Source of the DNA: Lepidodermella squamata
Taxonomy: Eukaryota; Animalia; Gastrotricha
DNA length: 64,000 bases
Direction: 5' to 3'
NCBI GenBank assembly: GCA_047495785.1
Contig: JBLDXI010000055.1
Coordinates: 1,674,001 to 1,738,000, forward strand
Below are positions 13,154-24,343 of the stretch, in pieces; position 1 is the first letter of the stretch; each line of letters begins with the position of its first letter. The notes beneath the pieces are model-generated. The model saw nothing but the letters and a program-made list of their open reading frames with translations, made no database searches and had not been told where the DNA came from. The translations under genes and the position numbers were made by a program.

Positions 13154-14045
13154 TTATCGCCCATGTCGCTGCTCCGTACGACTAAAGCGATGCAGCAAAG
13201 ATGAAAACGAGTCAGGGGCGATTTTCGATAAAGAGCTGAAGTAATAAAGGCCGTTTGACTTTTACCGACGGAAAAAAGCTGTTGTAACTTACTAAAACTC
13301 TGTAAGACGAAGTGCCCATGGCGGAAAGCCGTATGAAGAAACCGGTGAATTTCCCACGATCACCGCGACGTCTGGGCTTGAAAAATTATACGAATCTGTC
13401 AAAAACCATAATTCAATCACAAGCTAATCTGCCTGCTGAATTTACCCTTGAAATGATCCTCAATATCTTGCGGCAAAATTTTTTTATTCGATGCTGCCAT
13501 TTGAGATATCATATCGGCAAAAGCTTGGCGTCCGGAGCGTCCATCAAGGAAATGCACATTAGTAGACGTTTCAAGTCCCTTGCGTAAAGCATTCGAGCCA
13601 AAATTCGAAAAATGAAGCGAGAATTTCTCTAGTTCAGCTGAATTCGACAGCTGCTTATACAAAGATTTCACTCGTCCTGTCAATTATAAAAGCAAAAGGT
13701 AATTCCAAAACAAGTCTAGTGACTTGATATACCGTTGATGTCATAGAGACTAATGCTTGGAATACCACATATGCAGCTCCAAATGAGGAGACACGTCAGC
13801 ACGTCAATATTTATCAAGTCTTCGTCAGGGAAAATGAAAGCGATATGCATAGGAAGCTTCGAAAAACCATTTGAAATATTAGCGTCAAATCTCATCTCTC
13901 CCATTCCATTTCCTGAGCCGTACAGCGCACTTCTTTTCTTCAGCGATTGCCACCAGTAAATAGGCAGCATTATATTTTTGATCCATACGAAAATACACAG
14001 AAATAACTGTATTAGCTTGTTCAGCAGCGCTATAACAAGCTGCAT
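13154..14045 (-). CDS. NUS1: Dehydrodolichyl diphosphate synthase subunit NUS1/NgBR, 4 exons
   Basis: Hydrophobic N-terminus, KLPMHIAF, IWSCICGIPSISLYDING, PDVAVIVG..GFPPWALRLTEF and the C-terminal RxG motif (EQRHGR*). Confidence 0.88.
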
Positions 14046-15265
14046 TATTGCGAAAAGAATCTATCGAGTTGAAAAACGAACAATACATACAAATAATTTG
14101 ATAACATACGCAGACTCTAAACCCGATTACTATTATTATTACCCACTTTACCAAAACTTTTCCGCGATTAAAGAATCAATTACAAATGAGACAAGAAAAG
14201 CATAAATAACAGAATTAGGCCTACCAAGAGAGCTATTGGATAGATGAAAACACTTATTATCAGACATCAGACAGAATATCAACTGCCAGCTAAACAGGAA
14301 ATCAAAGATGTCTAAACGACTTTTCCCGATTTATTTTTAGACCAATAAATCATAAGCCGCAACTGGTTCCAGCATAATTACAACAGAATAAGACTTCGTC
14401 GAGCAAATGAAGTTAAGCAGGCAGCCGTGAGTCGTGCAATTTGAAGATAACTTGATCAGCCCTTCTCGACTCTCGACGTTCCAAGTTGCATGGATTCTAA
14501 ACGAAACGAGCTTACTTTGGGCTTGATGTACCAGCCAGAAACAATTTGAGGCTGAAAGTCTCTAATCAAAGCCACAAGCTACAACCGTTCCACTTACGAT
14601 TTCCGAAAACTGGAAACTCAGTGCTTGGTGATCGAACCCACAGCCTCTCTCCGCACCATTTTTTGCCTGCGCTCTTAGGATTTTAAGCGCCAAAAGCCAT
14701 GACACCTAATATTGAAAATATCAAATATTATTATATATTGTTTGTTTGAATTTTACTTCAACATTTATTAATAACTTATTAATTGTATATATAATAAACG
14801 TGGAAATCAATTTAACTACAATATTTTATTGGATCGAAAACAAAAAGCTGATGAGTTTGTTGAGGTAGTCTGTGTTTGGTGCCTTGTTTGTTTTGCCAAA
14901 AGCCTAACGATGTGCCTTGGGAATTCGGAAGACGATGACCAAAAGCCAAAAGCATATGTCGAAAGTCATAAGTTTCTTTGCATAAAGGCTGTTGATAGCA
15001 AGAGCTTCCGACACGGATGTAGCGCTTAGTGCGATCATAACTTGAAATGTTTTGAAATGTTATTAGGTCTGTTATTGATTTAATACGAAGCGCTCGAAAT
15101 GTAAGGTTTGATTTCATCGACGAACATCATTGCCTCACACATTTGAATTTTCCACGATCCACGATCCTTGCTGGCCAATTTTCACTGAACTATTGATTAT
15201 GAGTATGAAATGATATTTCCTATTTCTTAGTATTTATGTAACATGACAACCGAGAGCTTCTTGCG

Positions 15266-16366
15266 ATGACATCCATCGTTTTTTCCTGCGAAGATTTGGT
15301 GGAAAATGTTTTTAATTATTTGCCGGCATATCATCTGAACACCTGCCAGGCCGTGTGCCGGTTATGGAATGCTGTGGCATGTCGAGTGAAGAAAAGTCGT
15401 CACGAAAGAAAGCTACTGCATTCTATTTTTGCATTCGACAAAGGGGCTCGCCGATATTTTCCTTCAAAAGCAGAATGGGCCGCGAACAACTCAGAAGCTT
15501 GGATGAAGCGACTGGGAAAGCACTTAAGAGAATCGCCAATTGAGCCGAATTTCGTCATGGCGTTTGCTACAGAGGACTTTTTTCAGGCTGTAAATCTCGG
15601 TAGCATACTGCCTTCACTGTTGCCACAATCATGCGGCTGGATTATTATATACGTCCCTGTGGTCATAGGTTCTAACGACTCAAAAACTTATGAAATCGAA
15701 AGTGAAGTGGTTGAAGATGTAAGAAGACACAAACTGCACAAAGTTTTTAATAATCGTGCTGCTGTTAGTCTGCTGTTGTTTGCCGCTCACTCTCCTTTCA
15801 TACAAGCTCAGTTGAAGACTTGGAGCAAAGATGAGGCAGCGAATGTATTTTCATCTGCATCATCACTAGCTCTCAGAATCCTTCTTCCAACCATAAATGA
15901 TTTGCGCAGACCATTCCTCGGCCAAGTGGCAAAAGTTGATGAAAGTTGTGCGTTTGTGGGAGGCGTTGTGAGTAGACTGCAATCGGCGAAGTTTGATTTC
16001 CCGAAGAACGTTACTTACTTGGCTCTTCAGGGGGGTAAATTGCGATCTGTGTGCTTCAACTCGAACGAATTTGGTGATGGTGATCGCAATCTTTTATCCG
16101 TCGACGCTCTCAAGTTATGGCGACGCCAAAATATTGATTCGAAGATGTTATTTCCACAGGCTATTGTCGTATTCATTTGTATCGAACGCGATAGCAAATC
16201 ATTGTACGGCCGTCGACATCAGGAGTCAAGAATTATTTCGGATGCTTTCCCTAATGTACCCATTGTTGGTTCTGGATGCCATGGCGAATTTGTAAACTCA
16301 TCACCGCGGTTTAATAAATGTCTTCAGTCTGTTTCTACTGTTTTTGCAGTCATTTGCCTTTTTTAA
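15266..16366 (+). CDS. FBXO22: F-box protein with C-terminal FIST_C domain (FBXO22-like), intronless
   Basis: N-terminal F-box (DLVENVFNYLP..CQAVCRLW); C-terminal FICIERD...ESRIISDAFPNVPIVGSGCHGEF...STVFAVI matches FBXO22 FIST_C. Confidence 0.8.
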   Translation: MTSIVFSCEDLVENVFNYLPAYHLNTCQAVCRLWNAVACRVKKSRHERKLLHSIFAFDKGARRYFPSKAEWAANNSEAWMKRLGKHLRESPIEPNFVMAFATEDFFQAVNLGSILPSLLPQSCGWIIIYVPVVIGSNDSKTYEIESEVVEDVRRHKLHKVFNNRAAVSLLLFAAHSPFIQAQLKTWSKDEAANVFSSASSLALRILLPTINDLRRPFLGQVAKVDESCAFVGGVVSRLQSAKFDFPKNVTYLALQGGKLRSVCFNSNEFGDGDRNLLSVDALKLWRRQNIDSKMLFPQAIVVFICIERDSKSLYGRRHQESRIISDAFPNVPIVGSGCHGEFVNSSPRFNKCLQSVSTVFAVICLF

Positions 16367-16465
16367 TGCTCAATTTATTGTTGCGATTTTCAATTATGTC
16401 ATTTATTAAAACATTTTATTTAAAAACAACTTTCTTTCATGTTAGGGTATTTATACTGATTGCTG

Positions 16466-17146
16466 ATGTCGGACGAAATAGTCTTGAGCTACAAAGATTC
16501 GTTGTTGCGAAAATCGGATTTGGATTTGCTAAAACCCGGCGAATGGCTGAACGACGCGGTGCTGTCCTTTTGGTTCGAATATCTTGTTGGCGAAATGTAC
16601 CCGTCTGCTCAAAGCCTCGTGACTCTAGTCGGCCCTGAAGTTTGCCAGCTGCTGAAGCTGACCCCCGACTCGGAGTTTCCGAACCTTCTTTCTTCCGTTC
16701 AAATTGGTCGCTTTGTTTTACTGGCGCTGAACAATCAAACTAATCCTGATTCACCAGGCGGTTCGCACTGGAGCTTAATCGCCTATGATGCTTTATCGCC
16801 TGATAGCCCGGTCGTGCACTTGGACTCATCGCGAGGTTGCAATAGAGACGCGGCTTCGGTATTTGCTCAACGCCTCAATCGATCTTTGGAAGAACCGGAT
16901 TCAGTGCCGCAGCAAGACAACACTTCCGACTGTGCCTTGTATGTTGTTATTTTCGCAGAAATATTGTGCCGATACTTTGGCCGTGCTGCTGAAGATCCCA
17001 CTAACGAGGTTTACCTCCTTCCGCTGCCTGAAGAAGTCTTCCTCGTCACGCCTTCGTGCGCTCGCGCTAAACGACGCGAATTGACGGAATTGATAGCTAC
17101 AATGGCAAATATCCATAAATCTGGTCTGAAAAATACAATGTTGTAA
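16466..17146 (+). CDS. SENP8: NEDD8-specific protease SENP8/DEN1, intronless
   Basis: VLSYKDSLLRKSDLDLL..WLND, GGSHWSL, HLDS, QQDNTSDCALYV; H/D/C triad and oxyanion Q present. Confidence 0.95.
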   Translation: MSDEIVLSYKDSLLRKSDLDLLKPGEWLNDAVLSFWFEYLVGEMYPSAQSLVTLVGPEVCQLLKLTPDSEFPNLLSSVQIGRFVLLALNNQTNPDSPGGSHWSLIAYDALSPDSPVVHLDSSRGCNRDAASVFAQRLNRSLEEPDSVPQQDNTSDCALYVVIFAEILCRYFGRAAEDPTNEVYLLPLPEEVFLVTPSCARAKRRELTELIATMANIHKSGLKNTML

Positions 17147-17361
17147 TTGAAGCTACTTTTTATTATATGCGCCAAATAATTATATAGATACTATTTTTCG
17201 TATCACATTTGATTGTATCTGATTGATGGATATCTTTCCGCCATTTGCTCCGCTACATATTTTAGCTCTCATGAAAAATCTCAACTTATCTGGTCGTTGA
17301 ATTATTAGAAATTAAATAATGAAACTTTTTGGTACAATTGCCTGTTTTTTTTCCGATAGAG

Positions 17362-18030
17362 ATGATCAATATTGCCAATTATTTAAATGCCAAGATAAGA
17401 GGCTCATCTCTGCGATTGTTTTCAACGTGTCTTTCGGTGAAATGTGAAGCTAAGGCTTATTCACCTGCTGAGCTACTCACCTATGACAAGGACGGTTACT
17501 GTGCTGTCTATGTTGATGGCGCTTGCCTAATGAACGGGCGACGTGGGGCTGTCGGTGGCATTGGTGTATTTTTTGGCAATGCTCATCCGTGGAACGTCAG
17601 CAGTCCACTTAGAGGAAAGCGGCAAACTAGCGGTAGGGCAGAAATTCAGGCTGCCTGCGAGGCTCTTCGAATCGCTCGGCATTACAAAGTACCTCTGTTA
17701 CGAGTCTACACTGACAGCGTGTTGGTGTCTAAAGGTCTGATAAAGCATTGCGGAAATGGAAAACTGCATTGATGAAATTTCAATGATTCAGGTGCATCTG
17801 AATGGATTTTAAGATGGCGTCTATCCAACTGGACGGTGCAGTTGCAAAATTTGCCTGACTGGCATGAACTCGACGAATTACTCACCAAAAATACCGGCCT
17901 GCTCGTTGATTGGCGGCACGTACCCGGTCATTCGAAAATATATGGCAACGAACAAGCTCACTTATTAGCTTCGTTTGGCGCAAAAAAAGCTGCGGCCGAT
18001 CGGGCTGAAAAGTTATCAATGAACGTGTAG
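17362..18030 (+). CDS. RNASEH1: Ribonuclease H1-like, catalytic domain only; exons 17362-17734 and 17792-18030
   Basis: VYVDGACLMNG, GIGVFFG, QTSGRAEIQA, VYTDS, W..W...W, HVPGHS, GNEQAHLLA. Confidence 0.85.
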
Positions 18031-18267
18031 CAGATCTCCCTGTGCTTCCCTATCATGCGCCTTTTTTTGCTCACGAATGTCTGGAATCAAATCAGAACCG
18101 AAATAATATTCTTGTTGCTGTTTCAAAATTTTACTAATACAATCGACGTAAATTATCGTGTTCTCCTTCTTGAGACGATTTCAATTATTGCACTGACTTA
18201 TTGAAATCTTATATCCGGTGAATTTCGAAAATTTTCATGCGAAGTGCCGTTTTAGAGCTTTACTTGA

Positions 18268-19034
18268 ATGTTTGTGTTGGCCGAATTATCCGACGTTGTT
18301 TGCATACCGCCATTTCAATTCAAAGATGACCCCAACCAGGCCATTGTCACGATTTTGAACAGCAAACTCGCGAATAAGGTGTTACCCGATGTTGGCCTCT
18401 GCATCTGCGTGTGGCAGGTCGAGAAAGTCGGCGACCCCCACTTGTTGCCAGGCAACCCTGGCTACCAGGTGCTGGTTTCTTTCTCTGCCCTCGTGTTTCG
18501 CCCGTTCGTTGATGAAGTGCTGCTCGGCAAAGTCAAGTCGTCATCTCCTACTGAAGGCATTCAGCTGAGCGTGACGTTTTTCGACGACATTCAAGTGCCG
18601 GTCGAACAGCTGCCGAATCCGTCGAAATGGGACGAAAATCGTTTGGCATGGTACTGGGAGTACAGCGATTCACCCGAGGACGCAACACAGCGGCACAAGC
18701 TGTACATGAATGTCGGTACAACGGTGCGTTTCCGCGTGGTTGGCGAGAGATTTGTCGATAAAACGCCGAAGCCTTCGGGAACTCCTGCCGGCGACAAGAT
18801 TGCAAGATCTTCCTCGGCAAATAGTGGCGACTCGGCGCCTTACTATGGCGACCCTGACGATGAGTCGTCGAAATTACCTCCCTATTCGATTACGGTTTGT
18901 TAATTTACCTTCGAAAATCCCAATTTTCTCCAAAAAAATTCGGTAAAAGCGTTCATGTGCAATTCTCATTCATTTTACAGGCAACTTTGGTTGATTCCGG
19001 TCTTGGACCTCTTTCGTGGTGGACAGGGAACTAA
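18268..19034 (+). CDS. POLR3H: RNA polymerase III subunit RPC8/RPC25; exons 18268-18894 and 18981-19034
   Basis: MFVLAELSDVVCIPP, KLANKVLPDVGLCI, VFRPFVDEVLLGK, FFDDI; the last exon gives the conserved GLGPLSWW end. Confidence 0.95.
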
Positions 19035-19130
19035 TTGTTGCTGTTTATTTTTGTATCAATCAAAATTTGCGCAATTCATATTCAATTATTTTTCGTTGCT
19101 CGTAGATATTTTTTATGAAGTAATATACTT

Positions 19131-22100
19131 ATGGCTCGAACTACCTCGCAGAGCGCCCCTACCAGTCTTGCGGCGAATGACGAACTGATGAGCAAGAATC
19201 GGCGCACTTGCTCGATGCTGAGTCAGTTGAGTCATCGATCAGTAACAGGAAAGTGGCAGAGTAGTCATATTTTCAACTATTCGTCTGAGGACTACATCCG
19301 CTCCCATCAGCCGTTCATGGTGCCGTGGTTATCCCGCTACGCTACCCTTGACACGATATCCCAACAAAAATCGGCTGTTTTAGTCACCAAATTTTCGACG
19401 GCAAACGGATTCGTTGACCTCGTGCGAAATTTCGGTCGGTCGAGCAATACCTGGGTGCTAGGTCCCGACGGTGAAGTAGCGCAGTACCTTGAGCGGCTGT
19501 TAAAATTACGCGAGGCACTTGCGCTTTATCGCAACCGCCGTGGCTTGAACAATCCTCCAGATGTTCATATCGATCAAGAAATGATGGCGGTCATTCTTTT
19601 CTATTTCAATATCCCGGCAGTGTTGACCAATGTCATATTGACGCTAGCAGATGAGATGGAAGCGCTCGCTTTTAATGCAGAGTCGGATGAAAGCGGCGAA
19701 TCACAATCGAGTCAAAGCTCCTTACCTCGCGCTCGCAAAGTTGTCTGCCTTGCAATCGATCTTCTTAGGCGGATTTTCTCTGCCGGTGAGGTGAAGACTG
19801 ACGGCACGCGCCGCGACGAAGAACGTAAGTTGCTATTAACTCGAATTAGCCTCCTTAATTAATTCCGGCGATTACAGATTCAAGGCGATTGGTCATCGGC
19901 GAGTTGATCCAGCGAACGGTCGCGGCTGATCCGCATGTTTTGCGAGGCCTGCTATCGATTTTTCTCATACCGTCGGAAAACAAAGGCTCGCGAGTGCTTC
20001 GTTACCAGGCTGCTCGCTTGGCCGAAGATTGCCTTGTCTTCGCCGGGCCATCCACGATTGAAATCCCAAAGCGTAAATTTGCGAATGAGATTGAATCGTC
20101 TTAATAAAATAAGTTGATTATTTCAGTTTTCCATCCTCGAGCTGAATTCAGAGAAATCGTCGCAAAACTGCCAGACTCAGATCTTCCACTGCTGTGTCGT
20201 TTGATTTTGCCGGCAATATGTGAATTCGATGCATTTGGCCCGCCGCCTCATTCGCTGTCGCGTCTTCACGATTTCCGCTTAGCAAACGCAGAGCGACTAG
20301 CTGTTTTCGACTCGAATATCGCCTTCATTCTATCACTAGCAGGCGTAGAAGTGCCACCCCTGCAGCTGCGATCAGATGAGATGATAAAGCCGTCGTCGTC
20401 TGAAAATGACTCGCCCGCTGACAGCACCCGAAATTTCGTGCCGATTGACGAACCTTCGAATTTGCTCGGCAGATTGTTGGCGCTGGCTGTATCTCCTATC
20501 GTCGACAATTTCGGCCTACCTATCCTACCACGTCCTCTACACGAAAATGATGCAGTGGCGCGGCCTCAATCCGAACCGGGGGATTACTGGACCCGGTATA
20601 TTGCTGCTCGGATGATCATCAGTGGACGAAGTCGGGCAGCTGGTAGGAACCCTAGCGAGCCTCTCGATAATGACGACGATGACTTCGATTACGACGATGG
20701 CGATTTTTCGACTCACGTGCCAGGCGGACTCGCGCAGGACACTGTATTGGCTATTCGGAGCCGTATGACGATTTTCCAGTTTCTATCCCATGCCCTGGCG
20801 TCGCGGTGTCGTTCTTCGTTGCAACGATACATCGCCGCGACTGGGGTTATCCCTAAACTCGCCCCGCTCATCTTCAGCCTGCGACTCGGTGCTAATATTC
20901 CAGACATGGCGACGAATTTGTTCAATCATTCTCGACCTCCCTTCCGACCTATCGTGATTCCTCCGTCTCAGTACCCGGCGCCGAGACGTTTCGGCGGGCC
21001 GTTGTCGCCTGATCACGTGCCAGATATGCTGCTGTCAGTTGTGGTGCTGCGATTTTTGCATGCGTTGTGCGACCACTCGCCGTTTCGTCGCCAACTTCTC
21101 GGCTCACTTGATTTCGCGCAAATTGCCAAGCTCGATCCGTCCGACACTGAAGCGGAGGCTGTTGCTAAGAACCCGAAACTCGCCTCGGTCGTCGATAAAC
21201 ACGGCATTTTGACATACATATGTTTCTCGGTGGTCTACCACCGAACCCCGGCTGACCTGTGGTACTGGCTGATTCGAGTGATCGAAGCCTACCTGCGAAG
21301 TGCCTCGCCCGGTGATCAGATGCTGGTAGCTTACAGCGGTGTTCTGCAGAGAATCATCGAGCTGATCTTGGCCCCGAATGGCAACGGCGTCGAGCAGCCA
21401 ATGCGCCACCAGCCGAGTAATCTCGAGGTATTCCAGTGCTCGTTCGACCTCCTCGCTGAAATCGTGAAATTCAACGTCCGTTTGACAAATGACGCCGACT
21501 CGCTGCTGAACGGACCCGGGCAACGTTATTTCGTTCTGCGCCTCGTCTCCGAAAATCTAGTCGATGCCAACATGTTTCTACGCTCGCTGATCCTTACTCA
21601 CGCCGGCCATTTTCACCCGCACTGGTTCGTCGGCTCGCAGCCCGCTCTGACGCCGGCAGCCGACGGCGAACCGGGCGAACTGCTGAAATGGATCGGCACG
21701 TTCGATATCCGCGTGAAATACATATTCTCCCTGGTGACTTGCTTCAGCTCTGGCGTGGCATCGGTCACCCAAGACAATATCAGCTGCCTTAATACTGCTA
21801 TTTTGTGCTTACTCCTCGCTCATCGCGCGTCGTCCGAATCCAACAGCGACCAGTCGCATCCTCAGTCAGATGTAAGAGCAATTTTGAGAGGAATTCCTAG
21901 TTAACTGATATACGATTTGATTTTCAGAATTGCCGTCATGAATCTCTACCGGCTTATTTGGCAGCGTTGTCCGCTTACCGTCCAGTGGTTTCGCTACCGG
22001 CACCTGCCGCCTATAGAACTGAAAATGTGGCTGCAGCGGCGTCATGGCTCGCCTCCAGCTCGAATTCTGCTTCTGACACTGCATCTCGTCGGCGCCTGCT

Positions 22101-22350
22101 CATGGCAACGGCCAACGACGAAGCTGAGTACATTGTCGGCGTGACATGGCTGCGGCTGTTCCGTGACCTGCTCCGATTCTGGCGCACTCACTATCTGGCG
22201 AAAGATAAAGATTCTTCGTCGCTTGCCCGCAGTACGAGGATCCCGTTTGAGAAATGGCACTCCCTGGTGACGATGCTTCTCGACGACTCGCAGCCCGCCC
22301 CGCCAACCAGCATCGCCCGGTTTCTCAACGCGCCTTTTCGCGCCGAGTAG
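19131..22350 (+). CDS. TRPC4AP: TRPC4AP/TRUSS (DDB1-CUL4 substrate receptor), about 4 exons
   Basis: LRFLHALCDH, IEAYLR, QCSFDLLAEIVKFN, NLVDANMFLRSLIL, TQDNISCLNTA, FRDLLRFWRTHYLAKDKD..IPFEKW. Confidence 0.9.
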
Positions 22351-22865
22351 TGACTGACACTACTCATGAAGAGATCGCTAATTTATTCTTGTCTTTCTAT
22401 TCAGCGACTGAAAAATTCAGTTCTTCAGAAAAAATGAAGCATTTTAACTTGGCACTACCGCAAGACTAAAATTATTATCTGTCAAGTGATATATGTTGTT
22501 GTAAACGAAGATGTAATATCCGTATTTGAATTCAATAATTCATGAAAAAATGGAATTCTCAATATTTTAGTTGGACGAGCTGTTTCTAAAAACATTTTTC
22601 GACCGAGTGTACCTGTGGCGCTTACAGCGCACCCGTTTTCTGTGTTTTAAAGATTTTTGAAAATCATGTGACCGAAGTATTGAGTCATTAATAATTATTC
22701 TTACAACTACTGGATTCGCCTCCTATTAAAATCCTCTCTTTTAACTTGAAACTTGAATAATAAAGAAATTCTCGAACGTCTATAGCCGGAATGTCTTTTG
22801 ATACAAAAGTGTAAAGGGGTTCGTGATTTGAATTATGCTCATTTTATTTTCCAAATATATTTTTT

Positions 22866-24343
22866 CTACATTTTCATGAGAGCACGAAATTTTTCGAATT
22901 CTAAAAATCGCTTGTAAACATCACTTTGGCGGAACTTTTCAGACTGGAATTCTTGGAATCGCTTGAAAAGTTCCAGATCGTTGAAGAAAGAAGGATCGTC
23001 GATCGATGAACTGCTTTTGACTTCCGGATTTGCCGAGGGACTCGAACCGAGAAGATGAGCGATCGAGTCGCCAGCTGATGAGCTATTTCTGTCTTGCGAC
23101 GAAGAGCTCGCAGGCATCACCGTTTTTTCCTCGCTCGACTTGGTGCGCGGTGCCATAGAATGAAGCATTGGCAGCCTCGATACCAACAACGCGAGCACAG
23201 ATTCGGAAGGAACGCCATTGGGAAATTTCAAGGCGATAGATTTTTTGGCCGACTGATTCGTAATATGTTTCACAATGCCGGCTTCCTTCGCTGCCCATCT
23301 GACTAGGGAGTCGATGGTGTTGACACCGAGAGGTTTGTTGACGAAAAACGGCCCAACAACGCCGCCTTCGCAGTACTCGCGGAAGGCCAGGTAAAGCGAG
23401 TCGGTCGGACGGCATGCACCGGGCGGCCGCCGATTACAAAACTCTTTCCATGTTTTAATCGGGCAAAATTGATGATTTGGCTTGGCAAACACTTTCACCG
23501 CGCCCTTTTTCTTCTTAGCAATTCGTTCAGAAAAAGTCATATACTCTCGATTGCCTTCAACGCCTAGAGTGACGTCACCAAACCTATAGTGTATAAGACT
23601 GGTTAAAGGCTGGTAAACGCGAAAATTTCTTACAGAGCATCGTGATGAAGCTGTCGTCCTTTCAGTCCGAAATTGACAGTCAGTTGGATGTTCAATAAGG
23701 TAGTTAACGCTCGAGGGCTCGCAAAACCCAAGGTGCCAGCATTCAACATGGTGGCCACATCGTTATCATCCAGCGGTTCGCCAGCGTTCGGATTCGGCGT
23801 TTTCTCGGTATGTTGCGACTCTTCGCATTTCGCCTGGAGGACTTCCTTCGTCAACTTCAACGTTCTCGCAACTTCAAAACTTATTCTACCACCGGTTATC
23901 ATCATGAGGGCACCGATAACGCCGAAGTAGTGGCAGCGAATGGAAACCGGTTCAAAAGGCTCGCCGTTGCTTTTGCAGAGGCTGTTCAAAAAATGAGCCA
24001 TTTCTACGTCAAACTCGGCGATGCTTTTCGAGTCGATCGTCAGATAATCCCAACCGGCTGATTTCAAGAACCGGGCGTAATACACTGACCGCGCTTGTAT
24101 CGTCCTACTCTCGGCGTGTTTACCGACAAAATGCTGAAATTTCGCGCTCGCCTCCGCAGTTTCTTCGTTGTCAACGTCGTCGGCGTCGTAGGTTTCGTTG
24201 GCATGGTCGTAAGTCTCACTACCGTCATACTCGAAATCTGACGAAACAGACTGCACTTGAAGGTCGGAGTCGCATCTGAAGCTCTTAGCAGTGTCTTCGC
24301 CTACCGCCTCTTGATCGTAAGCCATCTTGTGTTTTTCAGCCAT
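22866..24343 (-). CDS. DUF3504 (Crypton tyrosine-recombinase-derived; ZMYM/QRICH1/KCTD1-like) protein with degenerate catalytic residues; exons 24343-23634 and 23583-22866
   Basis: KSNGEPFEPVSI, FGLKGRQLHHDALFGD, EYMTFSER, CPIKTWKEF..RRP, DSLYL, PLGVNTI, AGI..ITNQSAKKS follow the DUF3504 pattern. A 50-nt GT-AG intron keeps the frame. Confidence 0.8.

Larger units (their letters stand above)
15221..22350 (+). other. Putative SL trans-spliced operon FBXO22-SENP8-RNASEH1-POLR3H-TRPC4AP
   Basis: Five co-oriented genes with stop-to-ATG gaps of 99, 215, 237 and 96 nt; pyrimidine tract plus AG just before each ATG (AG ending at 15230, 16445, 17359, 18255, 19105). Confidence 0.6.
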
